Shown here: positions 59,415 to 64,000 of the stretch, one piece after another | Numbering within the stretch: the stretch's first letter is position 1 | How the letters are laid out: the number at the start of each line of letters is the position of its first letter | From: Deferribacterales bacterium | Lineage (GTDB): Bacteria > Chrysiogenota > Deferribacteres > Deferribacterales > Geovibrionaceae | Direction: 5' to 3' | DNA length: 64,000 nt | Assembly: GCA_050253075.1 (NCBI GenBank) | Contig: JBFWJS010000002.1 | Span: 416,001-480,000 of the forward strand | Notes under the pieces: model-generated | Told to the model about the DNA's origin: nothing | What the model saw: the letters and a program-made list of their open reading frames with translations, nothing else | Databases searched by the model: none | Position numbers and translations under genes: made by a program

Positions 59415-59774
59415 ATGGGAGTTAACATTTTAGTTGTCGATGACGAGCCTGATATCAGACTCCTTTACCGTTCCGAACTGGAGGATCAGGGGTTCAGCAT
59501 ACACGAAGCCTCAAATTCCAAAGAGTGCTTCGAACAGCTGGAAAAAAATAAGATAGACCTTGTGCTGCTGGATATAAAGCTGAAAGGCGAAAGCGGCATA
59601 GACATCCTGCAGAACATATCAGGAAAGGATAAAAAGGCGAAGGTTGTCCTAGCCACTGCATACAGTGCATATCAGGACGACTTCTCCACATGGCTCGCAG
59701 ACGGATACTGGGTAAAGACCCAGGAGATAGAGACCCTCACAGAGGAAATCAATAAGGTCCTGTCTAAAAACTGA
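59415..59774 (+). CDS. Single-domain response regulator (receiver only)
   Basis: ILVVDDE, DLVLLDIKL, ATAY, conserved Lys; 119 aa. Confidence 0.9.
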   Translation: MGVNILVVDDEPDIRLLYRSELEDQGFSIHEASNSKECFEQLEKNKIDLVLLDIKLKGESGIDILQNISGKDKKAKVVLATAYSAYQDDFSTWLADGYWVKTQEIETLTEEINKVLSKN

Positions 59775-59816
59775 TCGGAAGGGCTAAACCCCTTTCGACA
59801 ATTAGAAATATATCAG

Positions 59817-59859
59817 CAAAAATACATCTGACGGGGCGACCTGTGCAGATGTATTTTTG
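59817..59859 (+). terminator. Long inverted repeat, possible terminator or processing hairpin
   Basis: CAAAAATACATCTG-ACGGGGCGACCTGTG-CAGATGTATTTTTG. Confidence 0.5.
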
Positions 59860-59913
59860 TCTGTAGACATACTTGAACTTTTTGACATTTATTTTGAAAC
59901 GGAGTGACACCAT

Positions 59914-62406
59914 ATGAAAGCAGTTGTAATGGCAGGGGGATTCGGCACAAGGATACAGCCGCTCACCTCCAGCATGCCGAAACCGATGATACCCGTTATG
60001 AACAAACCTATGATGGAGTACATAATAGACTCTCTGAAAGATGCAGGGATAGTCGAAATTGTCGTATTGCTCTACTTCAAACCTGAGGTGATAAAGAGCT
60101 ATTTCGGCGACGGAAGCAGCAAAGGGATAAAGATACACTATGTCCTCCCCGACGACGACTACGGCACGGCAGGCGCAGTGAAAAAAGCCCAGAAGTACCT
60201 CGACGAGAGGTTCATCATCGTCTCGGGCGACCTCATCACAGATTTCTCCATACAGGAGATCATCGGCTTTCACGATGTTAAAGACTCAAAAGCTACGATA
60301 ACACTTACATCAGTGCCCGACCCGCTGCAGTTCGGCGTGGTGATAACAGACAAAGAGAGCAAGATCGTCAGATTCCTCGAAAAACCGGGCTGGGGCGAGG
60401 TTTTCAGCGATACTATCAATACAGGCATATACGTCTTCGAGCCGGAGATACTAGACTTCATCCCCGAAGACAGCAATTTCGACTTTTCCAAAGACCTCTT
60501 CCCTAAGCTGATGTCCAGCGGGATAGACCTCTTCGGCTATAATGCAAAGGGCTACTGGAGAGACGTGGGCAACCCCGACTCCTACCGTGCCGCACTGCTC
60601 GACATACTGAACGAGGCTGTCACACTCCCCCTTGCGGGCAAAGAGGAAAAGATGCCCGAGGCGACAGTTTACATGGGCGAAGATGTAGTGATAGATAAAT
60701 CCGCAAAGCTCGAAGGGCTCGTCGTCCTAGGCGACGGATGCGAGATAGGAAAAGAAGCCGTAGTGAAAAACTCTGTGCTGGCAGCAGGATGTAAAGTCGG
60801 CGATCACGCAGTAGTGGAAAACTCTATCCTCTGGAAAGAAGTCCAGATAGGCAAAAACTCCGATCTGGCAAACACCGTACTGTGCAACAACGTCAAAATC
60901 GGCGCAGGCGTAAAAGCCGAGCACGGCGTCATCATCGCCGAGCAGACAGAGGTCGGTCAGCACGTAATATTTGAAAAAGACATAATGGTATGGCCCGAAA
61001 AGCAGATAGAGGAAGGCTCTATAGTAAGCTCAAACCTCATCTGGGGCGATAAATGGAAGAAATCGATCTTTGAAGGGGGCAAGGTATCCGCCAGAACAAA
61101 CGTGGAGCTATCCCCTGACCTGGCGGCGAAGCTGGGTGCGGCCCTCGGAAGCCAGCTCCCCACAGGCAGCCGTGTGCTGATGTCCAGAGACTATGACAAG
61201 GCTTCCCGAATGCTGAAAAGATGCTTCCTCGGCGGTCTCCTCTCCACAGGGGTGAACGTGACGGAGCTCCATATGACTCCGCTCCCCGTCATGAGACACA
61301 AGCTAAGCATGTTCGGCGAGATAGCGGGCGTATACTTCCGCCAGTGCCAGACAGACCCGACAAACACAGAGATACTATTCTATGACGAAACAGCAATGGC
61401 TATAGACAGCGGACTGGAAAAGAATGTCGAGCGCATCTTCTTCCGTGAGAACTTCCGCCGTTCCACCCACGAGGACATAGGCGAGATATACGACCAGCTC
61501 ATGGTGGGCGAGTTCTATAAAGAAGGCGTGCTGAAAAACATCGACATACCTCTCATAAAAACACGCAGACAGAAGATAGTCGTTGACCTGCTGAACGGCA
61601 CCACAGACGGCATCTATCCCGAACTGCTTAATAAAATAGGCGTGGACGCTGTCGTCCTCAACGCATACAGAGACGAGACAAAGCTCTCGAGAACCATGCA
61701 CCAGATAGAGCGTTCCTTCAGGGAAGTTAGCGAGATCGTCAAGGTGACAGAGTCCAAGATAGGATTCGTGATATACCCTCACGGCGAGAGGCTCGGCATC
61801 GTCACCGAAAACGGCGAGATACTGAAAGAGGATCTGGCACTCATGTTCCTCCTCAAGCTGATAGATGTATCTCTGAAATCAAAGAAAAAGGTATATCTCC
61901 CTGCATATGCGCCGACCATCCTCGACGATCAGCTGATGAACATCGAGATAGTCAGAGGCAAGCTGACAGGGGTAAAGGCGGACTATCTGCGCAGCTTCCA
62001 CTTCACAGGGGACATGAACCGCAACTATACATTCCTCGAAAACAGCACAAACGCAGACGCCATGTACAGCTCCATAAAGATACTGGAGATGCTCTCAAGG
62101 CAGAATGTGGAGATAGGCGACGTGCTGAAGACCATCCCTGTCTATCAGTACAGCCACACGGTAATCAACTGTCCTCTGGAGGCAAAGGGATTCCTCATGA
62201 GGAAGATGAGCGAAGACGCTATGGACAAAGAAGCGTCTTTCCTCGACGGTATAAAGATAATATTTAAAAACAAGGGCTGGGTGCACATGGTGCCCGACCA
62301 ATACACCGCAAATGTCCACCTCTATGTAGAAGCAGCGACAGAGAAGGACTATAAAGCTATCCATTCAGAATATAAGGATAAGATCAACAACTGGCTGCAG
62401 GAGTAG
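59914..62406 (+). CDS. Sugar-phosphate nucleotidyltransferase + hexapeptide repeats + phosphohexomutase-like domains
   Basis: MKAVVMAGGFGTRIQPLT..PKPM, GTAGAV, FLEKP, YWRDVG; LbH repeats; PGM/PMM-like C-terminal half. Confidence 0.88.
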   Translation: MKAVVMAGGFGTRIQPLTSSMPKPMIPVMNKPMMEYIIDSLKDAGIVEIVVLLYFKPEVIKSYFGDGSSKGIKIHYVLPDDDYGTAGAVKKAQKYLDERFIIVSGDLITDFSIQEIIGFHDVKDSKATITLTSVPDPLQFGVVITDKESKIVRFLEKPGWGEVFSDTINTGIYVFEPEILDFIPEDSNFDFSKDLFPKLMSSGIDLFGYNAKGYWRDVGNPDSYRAALLDILNEAVTLPLAGKEEKMPEATVYMGEDVVIDKSAKLEGLVVLGDGCEIGKEAVVKNSVLAAGCKVGDHAVVENSILWKEVQIGKNSDLANTVLCNNVKIGAGVKAEHGVIIAEQTEVGQHVIFEKDIMVWPEKQIEEGSIVSSNLIWGDKWKKSIFEGGKVSARTNVELSPDLAAKLGAALGSQLPTGSRVLMSRDYDKASRMLKRCFLGGLLSTGVNVTELHMTPLPVMRHKLSMFGEIAGVYFRQCQTDPTNTEILFYDETAMAIDSGLEKNVERIFFRENFRRSTHEDIGEIYDQLMVGEFYKEGVLKNIDIPLIKTRRQKIVVDLLNGTTDGIYPELLNKIGVDAVVLNAYRDETKLSRTMHQIERSFREVSEIVKVTESKIGFVIYPHGERLGIVTENGEILKEDLALMFLLKLIDVSLKSKKKVYLPAYAPTILDDQLMNIEIVRGKLTGVKADYLRSFHFTGDMNRNYTFLENSTNADAMYSSIKILEMLSRQNVEIGDVLKTIPVYQYSHTVINCPLEAKGFLMRKMSEDAMDKEASFLDGIKIIFKNKGWVHMVPDQYTANVHLYVEAATEKDYKAIHSEYKDKINNWLQE

Positions 62407-62411
62407 CAAGT

Positions 62412-64000
62412 ATGAAAAAGCTGAGGCTCTGCTTTCTATGGCATATGCACCAGCCATATTACAAAGATGATCTCGACGGTTCATACCACATGCCCTGGGT
62501 CTATCTGCACGGGCTGAAGGATTATTATGAGCTGCCTTATTACCATAAGCTATACAGCAGGCTAAAGGGGACGTATAACCTCGTCCCCTCTCTTTTGATA
62601 CAGCTGAAAGACTATGAAAAGACAGATGCGGCAGACATCTACATCCAGATGATGCTGAAGGATGCCTCCATCCTCACCACCGAGGAAAAGGAGATACTCA
62701 TCCCGCAGCTCTTCATGGCGAATTATAAAAACATGGTAACGCCCCTGCGCAGATACAAAGAGCTGTACGACCGCAAGGGGGACACGGACATCTTTAACAC
62801 CGCAAGGCTGAACTATTCCGACGAAGAGATAACAGACATGACAGTGCTGTATCTCATAAGCTGGTGCGGAGTCTATACCCGTGAGAATCTCGAGATAATA
62901 AGCAGACTTATCAGCAAGGGACGCCATTTCTCATATGAAGAAAAGATTGAGCTGATAGAGGCTCTGGCGGAGTTCACCGCCGACATACTGCCCCTTTATA
63001 AAGAGCTTCAGGCTGAGGGGAAGATAGAGGTTTCGGCTACGCCGTTTTACCACCCTATCCTGCCCATACTGCTGGAGCCGAAGAGCGCAAAGGAAGCTCT
63101 CCCTCAGATAACTATGGCGAGCATCGGCACGGACTTTTCCGAAGATGCGAAATATCACGTCAGGAGCGCAGTGGAATATTACGAGGCTGAATTCGGACAG
63201 AAGCCCCGAGGTATGTGGCCCGCCGAAGGGAGCATAAGCGAAAAGGCTGCGGCACTCTTCGCCGAAAACGGGGTCAGATGGATAGCCTCAGATGAGGATG
63301 TCCTGGCAGGCTCAATAGGCATGGATCTGCGTGACGAAGACAACCGTAAAATACTTTATAAAAAACACATATTCCCATCCACAGGCGGGGATATAAATAT
63401 ATTTTTCCGAGACAAGGAGCTCTCCGACCTTATCGGCTTCACATACTCAGGATGGGACGCTGAAAAGGCCGTGGACGACTTTATGGATAAGCTGTCGGAC
63501 ATATTCGACAGATGCGACTTCTCCCCTATCGTGCCTGTGATACTGGACGGTGAGAACGCATGGGAGTTTTACCCCGAAAATGCGAACAAGTTCTTCACCC
63601 TGCTCTACAGCAGGCTGGAGGCATGCAACTGGATAGAGACTCTCACCATGTCTGAGGCGTGCGAAAGCGATACGCCGGAACACCGCCCCGCAAAGATACG
63701 GGCGGGCTCGTGGATATACGCCAACTTCACCACATGGATGGGACACGCTGAAAAGAATGAGGGATGGAGACTGTTAGCCGATGCGCATAAACGCTTTCAG
63801 GCGAAGAAGTCTACCCTCGAAAATACTGCACAGATACAGAAAGAGCTGTATATCGCAGAGGGCTCGGACTGGTTCTGGTGGTATGGCGACGACCATTTCA
63901 GCCTTCAGTCGGACACATTCGACAAGCTCTTCCGAGGGCATCTGGCAAATATATACGAGCTGATGGGTGAAAAGGTCCCCGCTGATATCACAAAGCCTAT
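62412..64000 (+). CDS. Glycoside hydrolase family 57 protein (runs off window end)
   Basis: Manual translation MKKLRLCFLWHMHQPYYKD..MPWVYLHGLKDY, TPFYHPILP, GMWPAEG, ILDGENAWE, AEGSDWFWWYG. Confidence 0.92.
   Translation, partial: MKKLRLCFLWHMHQPYYKDDLDGSYHMPWVYLHGLKDYYELPYYHKLYSRLKGTYNLVPSLLIQLKDYEKTDAADIYIQMMLKDASILTTEEKEILIPQLFMANYKNMVTPLRRYKELYDRKGDTDIFNTARLNYSDEEITDMTVLYLISWCGVYTRENLEIISRLISKGRHFSYEEKIELIEALAEFTADILPLYKELQAEGKIEVSATPFYHPILPILLEPKSAKEALPQITMASIGTDFSEDAKYHVRSAVEYYEAEFGQKPRGMWPAEGSISEKAAALFAENGVRWIASDEDVLAGSIGMDLRDEDNRKILYKKHIFPSTGGDINIFFRDKELSDLIGFTYSGWDAEKAVDDFMDKLSDIFDRCDFSPIVPVILDGENAWEFYPENANKFFTLLYSRLEACNWIETLTMSEACESDTPEHRPAKIRAGSWIYANFTTWMGHAEKNEGWRLLADAHKRFQAKKSTLENTAQIQKELYIAEGSDWFWWYGDDHFSLQSDTFDKLFRGHLANIYELMGEKVPADITKP

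Overview
Mostly core chromosome of an anaerobic, flagellated Gram-negative bacterium. Gene style (split Fo operon, large flagellin, heme-c MCPs, multiheme cytochrome) suggests Deferribacterales, which is an inference. In order: frr (partial)-pyrH-lepB-lepA; a divergently arranged type II secretion cluster (gspCDEF / gspG-N) with an embedded CPBP intramembrane protease; lipoprotein-murB-mtnP-lolD-ruvA-ruvC-yebC; a heme-c MCP; leuA-pssA-psd; rplY; an 11-heme membrane-anchored cytochrome c; atpE-atpB-atpI-atpZ with a coupled P-II-like gene; a GIY-YIG nuclease flanked by REP-like palindrome doublets next to an 89-bp duplication of the hemL 3' end; hemL; a three-gene operon of [NiFe] hydrogenase large subunit, Tat small subunit and heme-c chemoreceptor; argC-argJ; a ~10 kb AT-richer flagellin glycosylation/acyl-tailoring island; flaG and a 788-aa flagellin with sigma28 promoters and a GGA-rich leader; M24 peptidase, rpoS-like sigma with a long structured leader, pcm, argB, PAS histidine kinase, mltB, rpe, a response regulator, an NTP-transferase/pseudo-phosphomutase fusion and a GH57 (partial). 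Best candidates for new biology: (1) the hydrogenase-MCP operon as a putative periplasmic H2-sensing chemotaxis module, (2) the GIY-YIG/REP cassette, (3) the ACP-dependent flagellin glycan tailoring pathway. No rRNA, tRNA or CRISPR array was seen. All calls come from motif recognition by eye; no database searches were run.
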